DNA of 64,000 bases from contig QPGO01000056.1 of NCBI GenBank assembly GCA_008632985.1, positions 276,406 through 340,405 on the forward strand. The letters are read 5' to 3'. This DNA is from Psammoneis japonica. Taxonomy: Eukaryota. Of the stretch, positions 25,680 to 37,975 are shown piece after piece. The notes under the pieces are model-generated. The model was not told the DNA's origin, searched no databases, and worked only from the letters and a program-made list of their open reading frames with translations. The position numbers and the translations under genes are program-made. Every line of letters begins with the position of its first letter. Position 1 is the stretch's first letter.

Positions 25680-27905
25680 GGCATGTTTGACTATGAAAAT
25701 GTCCATCTTAACGGATTTTTGGAAAATGCACATTTACAACGGGCAAAGCCAACCATGAAGAATTTCAGCCTGGGACAGGGGAAAAGAGATTACAACTGAC
25801 CCTAACCACCTCACATGACCCCAACCCCAACCCTCAAACGAAGACTGATGCTCACGTTCCTTTTCTGCAGCACCACATCGCACTGCTTCCTTTCAATGCT
25901 GTTCAAAACTTCAAATAAAAACATGGTCAACATTTTGCATGTTTGACTGTGAAAATGTCCATCTCAGGCGGATTTTTGGAAAATGTTTATTTGCAACGGG
26001 CAAAGCCAACCATGAAGAATTTCAGCCTGGGACAGGGGAAAAAACTTGCGGAGATCACAACTGACCCCAACATTCACATGTTTTGCACACACATTTCCAT
26101 GTGCAATCCCACAGTTTTGAGCAAAGCCACCAAAAAAAGTTTCATTTAACGAATTTGTGGGAGCAATGTGCCAGGTCTTGAAGAATGTGCCTGGCCAAGA
26201 AATGATGCACCGCAAAATTGTCTGGCAAGCCACATTGCCTGATGACTCCGCTGCGGAGCTCGCACGCAATGGGCCCAAATGTCACACAGATTCCCCACCT
26301 GCATCTGGAATGCGTCAGATGAGCGAACGAAGCTGATTGTGAGAATCTTTCAGTTGAATCATCCCCAAACTCCATCAATCAACGGCTGTGTGCACACAAG
26401 AAAATGCGACAAGCTGATGCTTCAGGGCATGACAACACAGGGTCATCACACAATGCCGCCGCATGTTCCAGCAGCTGTTCCTGGTCACACACACCACCAG
26501 GCGTGTGTGGCTGTTCCGCCGCATGTTCCAGCAGCTGTTCCTGGTCACACACACCACCAGGCGTGTGTGGCTGTTCATCATGGTGTGACTGCCAAGCGTC
26601 CACGCAACGCAATGGTGTCATGCGAGCTTGTGTGCCCTGCTTGTTTCGTTTGTCATGTTGTTGGCACACCCATTGTGGCCGTCAGTTGCGGCAATTGGCC
26701 GTCGTCAAACTTGAGGTGACTCTGCATTTTTCTGGTCTGTCAGTTGTCAAAATTGTGCGCAGTTGGCTGCCACACTTTTGTTGAACTTTCAATTGTCAAG
26801 CAAGAGAAAGAGAAAACCATCACCCCCACAGCAAGATTCATGATGCCGTGATTCTCGTCCGTTTTTCTGGTCTGTCAGCCATCAAAAAATTGTGTGCGCA
26901 AAAAAAAATTGAGATCTGCTCTGCATGATCTGCGCAGTTTCCACGCACCAACGCCATGCGAAACACACCATCATGATGACGACTTTCAGTTGAATCATCC
27001 CAAAACTCCATCCATCAATCAATGGCTGTGCACACAAGAAAATGCAGGGTTGCTTGTCTCGTTTGTCAAGTTGTTGATGTCCCCATTTTGTGGCCGTCAG
27101 TTGCGGCAATTGGCCATCGTCAAACTTGAGGTGACTCTGCATTTTTCCAGTCTGTCAGTTGTCAAAATTGTGCGCAGTTGGCTGCCACACTTTTGTTGAA
27201 CTTTCAATTGTCAAGCAAGAGAAAACCATCACCCCCACAGCAAGATTCATGATGCCGTGATTCTCGTCCACGTCCGATGCCGGCACCAGAGCTTCCGGAG
27301 CTGCTTCCTGCACAAGAGCCGCTGGAGAGCTGAATCCTCCGGAATTGTGCGTGGATTCTGAGCCTCCAGTGCTTTGTCAGAGTCTTCATCAGAGTCTTCT
27401 TGATCTGAAAGATTGTCCAAAAAACTGGGCTTGCCATGAGGTGCCGCTTCGTTTGGCATCGAACGTGCCACTGGTGTCGGCAGCAGGAGGGAGGTGCAGG
27501 AGGTGTCCTCGGATCTCGGATCAGCATCAAACGCGCCATTGGTGTCGGCAATGGGAGGTGCCAGAGGATTGGACACCTCGGTCTGCACTTGAGGAGAGAA
27601 TCAGGCTCCAAATCATGAGGTTCTGGAGGGTCGGACGTGCCACTGGTTTCGGCAAAAGGAGGTGATGCCGGAGGACCGGATGCCTCAGTGTGCACTTTGG
27701 ACTCCGCACCACAAGGTGCCAGAGGATCGGATGTGCCACTGGTTTTGGGGCAAAAGGAGGTGGTGCCGGAGGACCGGACACCTTGGTCTGCATGTCATGA
27801 GGTGCCGGAGGATCGGTTTGCACATCATGAGGTGCCGGAGGATCGGGACATGCCGCTGGTTTTGGCAAAAGGGGGTGGCTGGTGCCAGACACCTTGGTCT
27901 GCACT
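25680..27905. repeat. Cluster of local duplications and minisatellites
   Basis: ~25680-25800 / 25935-26068 duplication; 60-bp tandem at 26456-26576; ~26673-26860 / 27088-27270 duplication; atgaggtgccggaggatcgg minisatellite at ~27610-27905. Confidence 0.85.
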
Positions 27906-28208
27906 TCGAACTCCGCCCCTGTCTGAGAAGCAGGCCACCCACATTTGACAAATTGCACTCATCACTTGTGCGCAAATTTCACTTTGCACGTTGTGCTTTC
28001 TTTCTGTGCCCAAATCTTTGAGGATGGATCTTCAAACAAACTGCATCACTTGCACGCAAATTTCACTTTTGTTGCTGTGGTCTGTTTTTTGGGTCTCGCA
28101 ATTTTTGTAAAAAATGACCCGGGTTCGTTGCACCAAATCCGCTCATTTGCCAAAAACAAAATTTCAATGACAGGTCAAACTTTGTCCACTTCAAAGACAT
28201 TGCACACA

Positions 28209-29400
28209 CACACCCTGTGGATCACCCTTGTCCTCATCCAAAATGGAGGCAGGCTGTGCAACCAAAGCAACTGCTGCTGCAGCTCAGCCGAGGACAATCC
28301 TGCAGAGAATGTCCATGCTCATGCAAATGTGTGTCACGTGGGGTGTCCGGTGTCCACCCATCCACCCCTGTCCCCAAGCATGCAAGCAAAGCTGCAGTGC
28401 CTCCATTGAGGACAGTGGAGAATGCCCACACTTGTGCAAAAGTGTGTCATGTGGGGCACCCTGTCCTCAAGTGTGAAAGCAAACCTTCAGTGCCTGCATC
28501 AGTGCGGTGCACTGCCCCGCTGGCTCCCCAATTTGCAGCCACCATTGGTGCCATCCATCTTTCATCCCCAGAGCCATTTTGTCTCAACTTCTCTGGGCAG
28601 CCATGGGCTGCCATTCTGTTTTCAACTGCTGGACCCATGGCTGCACTGAGGGCCTGTGGCAGGGTTGTGAGCTGCTGAGCAAAAGTGTGCTGGGCTGACA
28701 AAAGAAATTGTGGGAACCTGTCACAAACAAAGATGACAGCCTGAAAGAAGATCTTCTGGACATGCTTGCAAAGCATGCCAAGGAGCACAACTTGCTCAAC
28801 AAAAAGGGCTGGAAAATGAGGAGAGCCAACGAGCGCAAATGCCAAGCTGAGGGCCAAGGTGGTTGAGGCAATGCAGAGCGGCTGCAGAGTGTCTTGGTGG
28901 GTGACAAAGATGACAAGCACTTGATTGGACAGCTCTTGGGTGACAAAGATGATGAGCGCTTGACCAGTCAGCTCCGGGGGCTCTGGGTGCAATTCCAAAA
29001 GCTCTGGCACCAGCATTGGGCGCGAATGAGAATCGCAGCATCACAAATCTTGCTTTGGGGGGTGGTGGTCCAGGTGACTCACAAGTGCGCAAAACTTTGT
29101 CTCAAGCTGGGTGCCATCAAAAAGAGGCGGCTGAAACTTGGGGTGCCAACAAGGTGCTTTTCCAGCTGCGGCAATGTCCAGGTTGGCACTCTTCACACAA
29201 ATGGCATCAAAGTGCTGGTGCAGACACTCGCACATGGAGAAAAACAGGTGGGAATGGAGAGCCATGGACATGCGAGGGTGGGCAATTTGCCAGCCTTGAT
29301 GCCAAAGACAAGGAGACACCAGCACCTTTCCAAAACAAAAGATCTTTGGCTCAACAAAGCTCAAGATGTTGCAGCTGATGTGGTGCACACAAGCAGCCCA
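28209..29400. repeat. ~1.19-kb dispersed repeat, copy 2
   Basis: Direct copy of 4899-6060. Confidence 0.85.
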
Positions 29401-29765
29401 AAAATGTGGCCCTGGAAACAACTTTCACCAGACTGTTTCGGCTCTTCTTGCCACACTGCAACCTCTCAGCTTTGGGCCTCTCAAATCCTCAGCCTTGACT
29501 TCGGCTTTGCCCTTTCCAACCAAACCATCTCTCCACATGCCAAACTCTTCTTCTTGGCCATCCCATTGTTGCTGACAACTCCTCTTCTTGGCCATCTGTC
29601 CACACTTTGGGCCCAGCCTTTTTCTTCTCATCCCCAAGCGCGCTCCGCGCACCTTTCCCACCACACATTTCTCCAGATCCGTCCCCTCCAATGTCATGGA
29701 CCCCCACAACTTTTAAAAAAGCAACAACAGCACACACCACACACCACACCCAACAACAAAAACAA
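29401..29765 (+). mobile_element. Possible 3' tip of another CRE-like non-LTR element
   Basis: Pyrimidine-rich, similar in style to 13000-13265, with a CA/A-rich tail; no catalytic motif seen. Confidence 0.35.
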
Positions 29766-30052
29766 GTGGTCAATGCTCCCCGCGGGCTGGCTTGCAATGT
29801 TGAAAAACCAATCGATTTGCAGACTTTCACACAGATGCTTTTAAAGGCAGAGGACAGACCTTTTTTTTTTGCTGCCATGCCGCTGGCGACTGGCGTCGCT
29901 TTGCTCGCACGACTTTTTGCAGTGATCTGATTCTAGAGACAGGCAATCAGCAGGGATGGGAGGACTTTGCTGGCGCAGTTGGTCCCTTTCCATTCCCAAG
30001 CTGGAACGGCATGGCCAGAGGGAGGGAGAGGTGGGAGTGCTTTTAGACTGTC

Positions 30053-30498
30053 TGCAACACACAGCTGCTGACAAGAGCCAATGTGTCACGGCGACGTGTT
30101 GCAGCCTTTAAATGTCTCAAGGGCGTGACAAAAACAACCTTTTGTCTGCATGCACACTGCACTGTGAATTCACAGCGGAGTGGTTCATCGCAACCATTGG
30201 GCAGGAGGCCAGGGGTTCGAAACCCTGAGCAGGAGTTGTCTGCAGCAACGTTGATCACTGTTGAACGCGTAAAACTCTGTGCAGTTCTGTGTGTTCCTTC
30301 GCACGTACCCACACTGTTCCGCCAAAACCGTGCAGTGTCAGTGCACGTTAGTAAAGAGCCGTGTGGACGCGTGACACATGGGGAGGAGTGCAACACACAG
30401 CTGCCAACAAGAGCCAATGTGTCACGGCGATGTGTTGCAGCCTTCAAATGTCACAAAGGGCGTGACAAAAACAACCTTTTGTCTGCATGCATGCTGCA
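30053..30498 (+). mobile_element. TRIM (miniature LTR element) nested in Ngaro copy 2
   Basis: TG...CA direct repeats at 30053-30161 and 30389-30498; PPT ggggaggag abutting the 3' LTR; 4-bp TSD tgtc/cgtc; absent at the equivalent site of copy 1 (~2440). Confidence 0.88.
30170..30240 (+). promoter_or_regulatory. tRNA-like internal Pol III promoter (A and B boxes)
   Basis: cAGCGGAGTGG (A box if the original was TAGCGGAGTGG) and cagggGTTCGAAAccctg T-arm hairpin/B box. Confidence 0.6.
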
Positions 30499-30898
30499 CG
30501 TCTGTTCGGCTTGCTGCTGAAGCTCTTTGGAAGAATGGGCAACAGCAGCTTGCTTCCAGATGCCAACCCAGATGTGTTCAATGGAGGTGGAGCGGGGGGT
30601 GACTTCCCGGTGCGTCATCAATGGGTGATGAGGTCATCTCCCCTTGTCGGTCTTTGTGAGGCCAGCGACTGGCGTCGCTTTGCTCGCGCGACTTCTTGCG
30701 GTGATCTGATTCTAGAGACAGGTGATTGGCAGGGATGGGAGGACTTTGCTGGCGCAGTTGGTCCCTTTCCATTCCCAAGCTGGAGCGGCATGGCCGCTCC
30801 GGCGCTGCCCACGTACACTGGTGTGGGCAGTGGCGGTGCAATTGGGTGGGTGGGTGGGTGGGCCCGGCTGGAAGGCTGAGGCGCGGCCTGTGATGGAA

Positions 30899-32053
30899 TC
30901 ACGGGTCGGCGGGGGCAAGGGGCACGTCGGCATTGAGGTGCAGGACAAATTGGCCGCCAGCCAACATGCGGGTTGCGAAATTGTGCATGACGGGTTCTGC
31001 TTGCAAGTGGAGGTGACGGAGCATCTCGTCGGAGTGCCATCGGCCTGAGAGGCGGATCACGTCGGTGTCAACATGGGCACATGGGAGGGCCATGGCACCA
31101 GCCGTGTGCAAACAGCGAGCGGAGACATCGGCGGGTGTGAAACCCAGCGCAGTGGGGCCGATTGCCAGAATTGCGGCACGTGGGATGCTGGCAATGCCGG
31201 CGGGAGAGACACGGCACCAGGTGTTGTCATGCAAGTGCACACCAAGGGGCATGTCTGGTGTGGTGCCAAAGGTGCGGAGATGTTTCACTCGACGGACAAG
31301 GGCGCGTGTCGGACAGAGGTCAGGGTGTCCGGATGGGCCAAGGCCCATGACTTTGCCGCGCATGCCATTGTTCTGTGTGGCAAAAGTGAGCGTGCCAAAG
31401 GTGGCAGTGTCGAGGTGTTCATCGGTGCAGGTGAACAAATCGAGGCAAGTGCCTCCAGCGGAGAGGCGAACATCTCCCAACCGAAAAGGAGTGGTGTCGG
31501 AAGGCGCTGCGGTGTGTTCGCCTGGCCGCAGGAGGAAGAAAAAGGCCAAAGCAGTCATGTCTGCGATGGCTTGGGTGCCCGGATGATTTGTCAGGGAGGC
31601 AGCATGGGCAATCCACAAGAGAACAGCGACGGGGACCAGTTTGACCCGGTCTGGGGGAGGATCCTCTTTCTTGTAGAAACGGATTTGGCAGCTGATGCGG
31701 AAATCCATGTTGCCTTGGAGTGTGTGCCGCGGGTCCGGGGACCCCATTGCAGCGAATGTTTGGCCAATCGACCGCAGGGCACCCTCAGTGGTGCGTGCGC
31801 GGACGGGATTGCCACGTGGGGCGATGGCGCCTGTGCGGAATCGGTGCATGAAAACTTGGAAAAAGATGACTGGGTCGTCGACATCTTGCAAGAGAGGGTC
31901 GAGGGCCAAGTCGTTACAAAAACTTCGCCAGAGGTCCCAGTGGGCATTGCTGGAGCTGGCGGAAGAAGCAGCAACGCCGTGGGCAACGGCGTGTTGCACA
32001 GCGCCGAGATCACATGGGAGCGCAGCGCGGGTGGCGGGGTCCAAAGGCACCAA
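30899..32053 (-). pseudogene. Tyrosine recombinase of Ngaro copy 2 (open frame, catalytic Tyr>His)
   Basis: LLRPGEHT and GRWHSDEMLRHLH, versus MLRYLH in copy 1. Confidence 0.88.
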
Positions 32054-33620
32054 GAGGGAGTCTGTGGATGATGAGTGTTAAAATGGTGCAAGAAGGCACA
32101 GTTGGACAAATGTTGCAAGCGAGAGGCGTCATCCGCAGCAGTGTTCAACGGTCCCGGCAAACAATCGTGGAGTGACAGGCAGCGGTGGAAACGTTGGTGG
32201 TGACCTTGGCATCAGAGGAGGGGTGCTGCGACCTTTGCAGCAGTGGTGGAGCCCTTGCGTTGACGAAAGAGAGTGCCGGTGTTGTCTGTGCGGTTGAGCA
32301 CTGTGCACTCTCGAACGTTGAAACAGTCCGCCGCGGCACAGGATTGCATGGTGCCACCGACCAACTCCAAGTCGGTGTTGGCAATGGGGCTGCGGGGATT
32401 CTCAAAGGTGGACAGTCGGTCAATGACTGCCCAGGGAAATTCATGTGCCAGACAACAGGTCCGGCATTGTGTTGTGGTCTCCGGCGGTGCGCAGTGGAGC
32501 AACGCAGCATGGTGCTGCGTGCGACCGCTGACGGCGCAGGGAGAAGGACCCCCCTGCACCATGACTGGCTGCATCATGGCAGCCTGCAACAGCAGGCAAC
32601 AGGGGGACAAGTTCTTGGACACGGGTGGGGCGGAGGTCGAGCCCGCGGCATGACAACCGAAAATCATCCAAGATGTCGTGAAAGTTGCGGGCAAGACGAA
32701 CTCGCCCATCTGGCCCAGTGTGGAGCAAGGCTTCCTGGAGTTCGGAGAACAGATTGCGAGACCCGGGAATGCCGGGCGTGAGGGATCGCAGTTCGCCAAG
32801 AAGCTTGCGCAGGTCGGCAAGCGCTGCCCGCTTGCAATGGCGGGGAAACTCTTCGCACAGCATGGTGTGGAGGCGCTCGCGGCGTCGTGGCGCAAGGCAG
32901 ATGGTCATGGACAAAGTGTCAATGATCCACCCTGGGACCTCCTTCTGCGTTGACCAAGTGGCGTCGCCTTTGCGGAGCTTTTTGACTGAGATTGGCTCCT
33001 CGCAACTGGGGTGGTCTTGGTCATCAATGGCGTGCATGATCGTGCGATGCACACTGCACAGCGATTGTTTGGAGCCTTGGGCGGCGCCGATAAAGTCATC
33101 AACATGGATGTCAACATGTTGGAGGCGCTGCCGGCGGTGGTGCGCGAGGTGTGGATCCGGCGTGTCTGGCACTGGGACAGCGACAGACGGACTCACGTCA
33201 GCAGTGACAGCGCGGTGCTTTGGTGGACGGCCATCAAGGTGAGGTTCGAGTGGGTGGTGCGGTGCCCGATGGTTGCGCACGAGCTGGCGATTGGCAATGT
33301 CGGTGACCGTCTTGGTTGCCGCACTAAATGCCGGTGGTGAGTTGGACCATCCCATGGGCAGCCGAGTGGGTGTGGCTGCTGGGGGAGGTTCTCCCGGAAG
33401 GCGGGGAAAAACCACACCTGGTGTGGGTGCTTGCTCTGGTGCCAGCTGCATGCAGTGGAAGCCATCAGCCAGGTCAATCTTCATGAGACAGACGCGGCCT
33501 TTGTTTGGGTTGGTGAGGAGAATGCGCCGAAGGGTGCGGTCCAATGTGCACCCGAACTGCATGGATTCCATCGGCATGTTTGGCTGTGTGGAAGGGTCAA
33601 CACCGCACTGTTTGTTGCAG
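31950..33620 (-). pseudogene. RT / RNase H of Ngaro copy 2
   Basis: MESMQFG, KIDLADGFH, RLPMGWSNSPPAF, HVDIHVDDFIG (YxDD mutated to HVDD), HDAASHGAGG. Confidence 0.9.
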
Positions 33621-35570
33621 ACGATGGAATTGTTGCCTGGCGCATTTACACGGCTTGGTCCAGGCGGTGACTGCACAGAGGTCTGCGAACGTGGCATCGT
33701 GGGCGGTTGAAGGACAGACGTTGGCAGGTCGAGACGCCAATGGCAGGCGCCTTGTGTGGCCTCAGCCACCACTGGGAGCGGTTGGAATGGGACAGGGTTT
33801 TGTGAGTGCATCTGCGCTTGAAACCAATGGCACATCTTCACCTGCGCGTGATGTTGCAGGTCCGCTGGTGACGTCGGGTGCGACACCACTTGCGCCGCCA
33901 AATCGTTGGCGCAGACATCCATGGACTGGCGCACGTGAGTCAACCACTGCACCAGTGGATGTGCTGCGCCAAAGGCTGCAGAGAGGACGATGCGCAACCT
34001 GTCGAAAGACTGTTGAACCACCTGGATCGCAGTGGCCACCATGGCATTGTCGGGGGCTTCCAACACTTGCGTGTCCGCCAGCGAAGGTGTGCCATTGCCT
34101 CCATGAATCTGTTGATGCACAGAGTTGCGACAGGCGGTCTGCTCGGCTTGTTCCGGTGCAGTGATGCGAACAAAAAAGGGGTGATTCCCTGGGTTAACTC
34201 GTCCTTGTTGTGCCGGCGAAGTCGACTTGGGTGAGTTTTGTGATCAGATTTGTGGTCACCGGCACATTGAAGTGCACGTGGTGTGCTTGCCATTGCTCAT
34301 TGATTGCATTCTGGATGGTGGCGATTCGACCGGTCTTGGGAGAGGCTGCCAGTTGCGCCCAGAGTGGTGGCAAGTTGGCTTCATGATGCACCTGGCACAA
34401 ACGCATGAGTTTGGCTGTGCCAAACTCCCCGCAGAACTCCGTCGGTGTTTTGCCGCGCGATGCCGCCTGTTGGCACGCTTCCGCATCTAAACGTTGTTGG
34501 CACTGCTCTGCTGTCAAGCTCTCAATGGCCGTGACCACTGGTTCAAACTGGCGCGGTTGTGGCAGTTGGCCCACGCGGTTCGGAAGATCACGCTGCACCA
34601 TCGCGTCGAAGAAACGATTTGGCGCTTCGTTGGGTGGTTGCGCCATCATTGGCCATGCTTGCGCTGCTTCAGATGTGTGTTGGTCCCACACTGTCGTGCA
34701 GCACGCCACTTTCAAAAAATCCAGAAGTGGCCTGCATTCGTTGACCGCATTGGCAGCTGTGACAGCTCCCAGCACCTGGGCAAATGCTTGCTTCGGCATC
34801 AATGGCGTTGAAAGCAAGAGATTAACACACGCGAATGGCACCATCATGGTGTTCCGCGTCCTGACCTCAACAGCGTCTGGGTCGTTTGGCGCACTTGTGG
34901 ATGCAATCCTTCCGGGGTTGCAACAATGTGGGCTTGCAGCGCAGCGTCAGTCGGCACCCATGTGCCGTGTTGGGCCAACTGGAATGCATCATTAGCGACG
35001 GGTGCAAGTTGGTGTTGTCCCATCGTCAGGTCGCCCATGAGCACAAAAAATTGTCCGTCCCACGGTTGTGCTGGTCCTGCTGCCGTGATCGGGCACTGGG
35101 TTGCGTGATGGAGCACCTGCATGACTCCAATGTCGTTGCCTCCTGGCACCCAGCAGTGCTGCACAAGAGCCATGGGCAAATTGTGCAAAGAAGCTGCCCC
35201 AACTTGGGTCCTCAGCACGTTGGGGTCACAGCGTGACTGTCCTTGTAGTGGGACCATGAAGTCCTGCATGATTTCCACACAGTTGCCGGCGCATGGATCC
35301 TTGATGGCATGCGAGCAGCAATCCCAACAAGTGTGGATTGCTGCTGGTGGCGCTGGAACGCCCTGCCCCGCGGGACCTGCTGGCGGTGCGGGTGGCACTT
35401 GGGGTGGCGGCTGTTGTGGTGGCGCTCCAGGGGCTTGTCCCACCTGCACTGCGGCTGGTTGTGCCGCTGCTCCTGGCACTGCCGGCACCACTGAATGCAC
35501 CGGTGCTGGGGCACGTTCTGGGCATTGTTGGCCGCCGGAATCGGTTGTTGATTTTGTCTGCCCCCAGGTT
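33620..35570 (-). pseudogene. gag-like ORF1 of Ngaro copy 2, frameshifted
   Basis: Lies upstream of RT; Pro/Ala/Gln-rich N-terminus; AKLMRLCQVHHEANLPPLWAQLA. Confidence 0.6.
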
Positions 35571-36707
35571 GTTGTGCCGCTGCAGCGGCGTCCGGCAGCA
35601 GATTGTTTCCGATGTTTCCGTCTTGATTCATGACGTGTGACGATCCTGCAAGCTTTGTGGATGCAGCGGCGGATGGCATCCTCTGCCAAACACAGCGGCA
35701 CTTCCAGACCATCCACTTGGCTTGCTGCTGAAGCTCTTCGGAAGAATGAGCAACAGCAGCTTGCTTCCAGATGCCAACTTAGATGCGTTCAATGGAGGCA
35801 GAGCGGGGGGTGACTTCCCGGTGCATCATCAACGGGTGATGAGGTCATCTCCCCTTGTCGGTCTTTGCCGGTGTGAGGCCAGCAGCCAAGGGGGCGGGCG
35901 GGCGTGTGTGGTCACTGTAAATGCGCAGAAAATAAATGCGCAGAGAATCGCTGCTGCGGCACTGTGCCACTCTCTCCACCAGAGCAGAGAGCAGGGCTGC
36001 CGCACCGTCACACCCAAAATTCTACCCAAGCAGCATTATTCTACTGGAAAGTGGAATTCTCGTATGTAAAAATGTCAATACGGTGTTGGTATTTTCTAAA
36101 AAGATCTACCGTACATCCACTGTTTATTCCACTCAGGTAGAAGGCACAGTAGAATTTTCGGAGCCAAAAATTCTACCCTGCGCGCCCCTTTCGCGCGATC
36201 TAAACAGTCTGTCCTTGGTGCGTGATGTCGAATGCGACGGGAGGAACAAAAAAAATACTCGAAAGTTCTACTCGTCTCAATGCGGCATCTCAACCATGAG
36301 CGTTGCCGTATGCAACCCCGGCAACTGCACCAATGCCAACTGCATCTATGGTGGCATGGCAAGCAGCACTCACAGGCGTCCTGAGTGCATTAGAAACCTT
36401 CACACTCCCTGTGGGAAAGCAGACGAACGACTTGCACTACTTTCAACTTTGACAAGCTCTAAAGCACCTATTTGAGATTACTGTTGTGAATTTTATATTT
36501 AAATATTACTAAACAATTGCATTAGCCTAAGGAACAATTAGCACCTCATTGCACTTCCACCAGCTTGAGAAGAAAACAAGCTGCTCCCTAGCGCGGAAGG
36601 CACGACCAAGGGTTGCTGCCGTTGATCTTTAAATAGATTGTTCCGCATCCTTGGCTTGAGATACATTTTTTTATAACTATTTGGTCCGTATTCACCTTGG
36701 CACCTAT

Positions 36708-37450
36708 GCTGCAATGGGTGCCGAGTGGGCCTGTCAGCGACGGCGAGACAGGAGAAACTGTGAGGAAAAAACTGCGCCACACTTGACAATCATCAAACGC
36801 ACAAAACATGAGATGTGTACAACAAACAAACATTTCCATCACATGTTCGACATTGTTGTTAGCAAATTTTGTTGTTCTTACCTTTGCAGTCCGAAGCCGA
36901 GCTTGATTATGAATGCTACTGTGTCAGACGCGGCAGTCCTGGTCAGTGTCCTCTCTGGGAGCAAAAGTCGCGAAACACCCAAGAGGTGAGGAGCAGCAAC
37001 AAATCCACTGCAAGCATCATTTTTTTCCATAGTCATATTAATCCGTAGCGGTGTTCATGCCGTCGCTGCAATGGGTGCCGGGTAGACCTATGAGCGACCA
37101 CAAAACAATAGAAAAAGTGAGAGAAAAGCTGTGCCTCAGAAAAAAGCATCAAACGCCCAAAATACGGGCTTTGTAATGAGTGCAAACACAACCATACGAT
37201 TTTTAAAGCTAAGTTTAGCAAGCATTGGCATTCTCACCTTTGTCCTCAAATCACCGAGTAGAAATATCAACGCTACTGTTACCGACGCGGTGGCGCCGCG
37301 TGTTTCCTCTCTTGCAGCAAAAGTCATCAAACACCCAAAAGGCAAGGGTAAGCAAAAAATCCAAAGCAAGCATCATTTTTTTCATAGTCTCATTAGTCAA
37401 TGTTGGCATTCATACCTTTGCTGTAATGGGTACCGAGTAGAACTACGGGC
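36708..37450. repeat. Degenerate ~356-bp tandem repeat (two units plus the start of a third)
   Basis: gctg(c/t)aatgggt(g/a)ccg at 36708, 37065 and 37420; gcaagcatcatttttt...catagtc at ~37010 and ~37366. Confidence 0.75.
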
Positions 37451-37975
37451 GTTCAAAGGCCATGGTCAAGGTGACGGCGCGGTGTTTTTTGAGCGTCGCT
37501 CGCTTCGTCTTGGAGTTTTTTTTCGGGTTCAACTCCTCGCGTGGGGTTTGCGTAGGTTGATTACTAGCACGTAGCTTCTCTACTGATGGCTACGGGTTGG
37601 TCTTCTTCCCCGTAGGATGAGTACTACTCTCTACAGGGTAGAACTGAGGGTAGATTTTTTTGGATGTATTGGCCCGGTACTTCTACTCTCTAGCTAGCTC
37701 TACTCTAGCTAGTAGCTACTAGCTAGAGAGAGTAGAGGTTATGGTAGCGGTAGAGGGTTCCTACTGAGTAAATTTACTACCCGTTTTGGTCGCCACAATT
37801 CTCCAAAAAAAGAAGAGAAAATGCGGAGAGTCTGGCAACATGTCGTAGCCCTAAATCCTCCTATCCTGCTGTGTTCAAAGACAAGCTTCAAACGCCAGAG
37901 TAGCAGACAAAGTGTATTTCCTGTCACACCAATCACTAAAAGTCTCACTCACAATAATCAAGGTCGGTGGCAGAA

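Larger units (their letters stand above)
29886..35883 (-). mobile_element. Ngaro-type tyrosine-recombinase retrotransposon, copy 2, both ends present
   Basis: In element order: A1 (35719-35883), gag, RT/RH, YR, B1 (30665-30795), A2 (30508-30666), B2 (29886-30016). These are split direct repeats, with a GC dinucleotide at both junctions. Confidence 0.93.

Noticed and set aside
30165..30245. Functional tRNA gene
   Set aside because: A and B boxes are present, but I could not fold a convincing acceptor or anticodon stem.
30899..32053. Phage/ICE integrase or bacterial contamination
   Set aside because: Linked to gag, RT/RNase H and split direct repeats, so it belongs to a eukaryotic YR retrotransposon.
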